From NCBI RefSeq assembly GCF_004010195.1, contig NC_057718.1, positions 18,930,588 to 18,994,587 on the forward strand: a DNA stretch of 64,000 bases. The letters are read 5' to 3'. Of the stretch, positions 63,681 to 64,000 are shown piece after piece; the stretch's first letter is position 1, and the number at the start of each line of letters is the position of its first letter. The translations under genes were made by a program, and so were the position numbers. The stretch comes from Chiloscyllium plagiosum. Lineage: Eukaryota. A model generated the notes under the pieces. It had not been told where the DNA came from, did no database searches, and saw only the letters and a program-made list of their open reading frames with translations.

Positions 63681-64000
63681 TAAGAAAAAAATTTTAAAGT
63701 AACATTTTCGGTGTTCCTGAAAATACTGATTGACCTGTTCTTTTCCAGTTTGTGAGCTATTGCAACAATTTGCTTTTTTACCTCCCTAAAAAGGTGGATG
63801 TCTGGAAATGCTGAATTGTGAACCCATGTCATATTAATTCCTAGCTGAGGGGGTTGCTCTGTGATGGGCTCCTGCCTCAAAAGTTATTAGAGTAGCCACC
63901 TCCAAATGATTCAATAACAATACCAATACATTTGAAGTTAGACAGGTGAAGATATAGCTTGTGGCAGATACTGCCTCAGTATTATCCTCCACTATCTCCT

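Overview
Repeat-dense, gene-poor eukaryotic DNA. The repeat repertoire points to a cartilaginous fish, probably a shark (inference): CR1/HER1-type LINEs, HE1-type V-SINEs, DeuSINE remnants, Penelope-like elements (PLEs) and SCAN-bearing Gypsy LTR elements. I see no intact or recognisable host protein-coding gene. The recognisable ORFs are decayed transposon coding sequence and the rest look like chance ORFs. Main objects: (1) a near full-length but dead CR1 LINE (~39651-44132, +) with zinc-finger/SGNH-esterase ORF1 and EN-RT ORF2; (2) a decayed Gypsy provirus (~28670-34277, -) with the Gmr1-type domain order PR-INT-RT-RH, plus three related solo LTRs; (3) about a dozen PLE-derived inserts from at least three families whose termini carry minimal type I hammerhead-ribozyme motifs. 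Many of these are 60-200 bp micro-inserts, several with 14-16 bp target-site duplications, and their 5' boundary falls repeatedly at the ribozyme core. There are also three templated-insertion scars: a ~350 bp flank copied into an LTR, a perfect 106 bp duplication around a 20-nt SINE head, and an inverted local copy captured inside a PLE's TSD. Boundaries of old repeats are approximate, read by eye.
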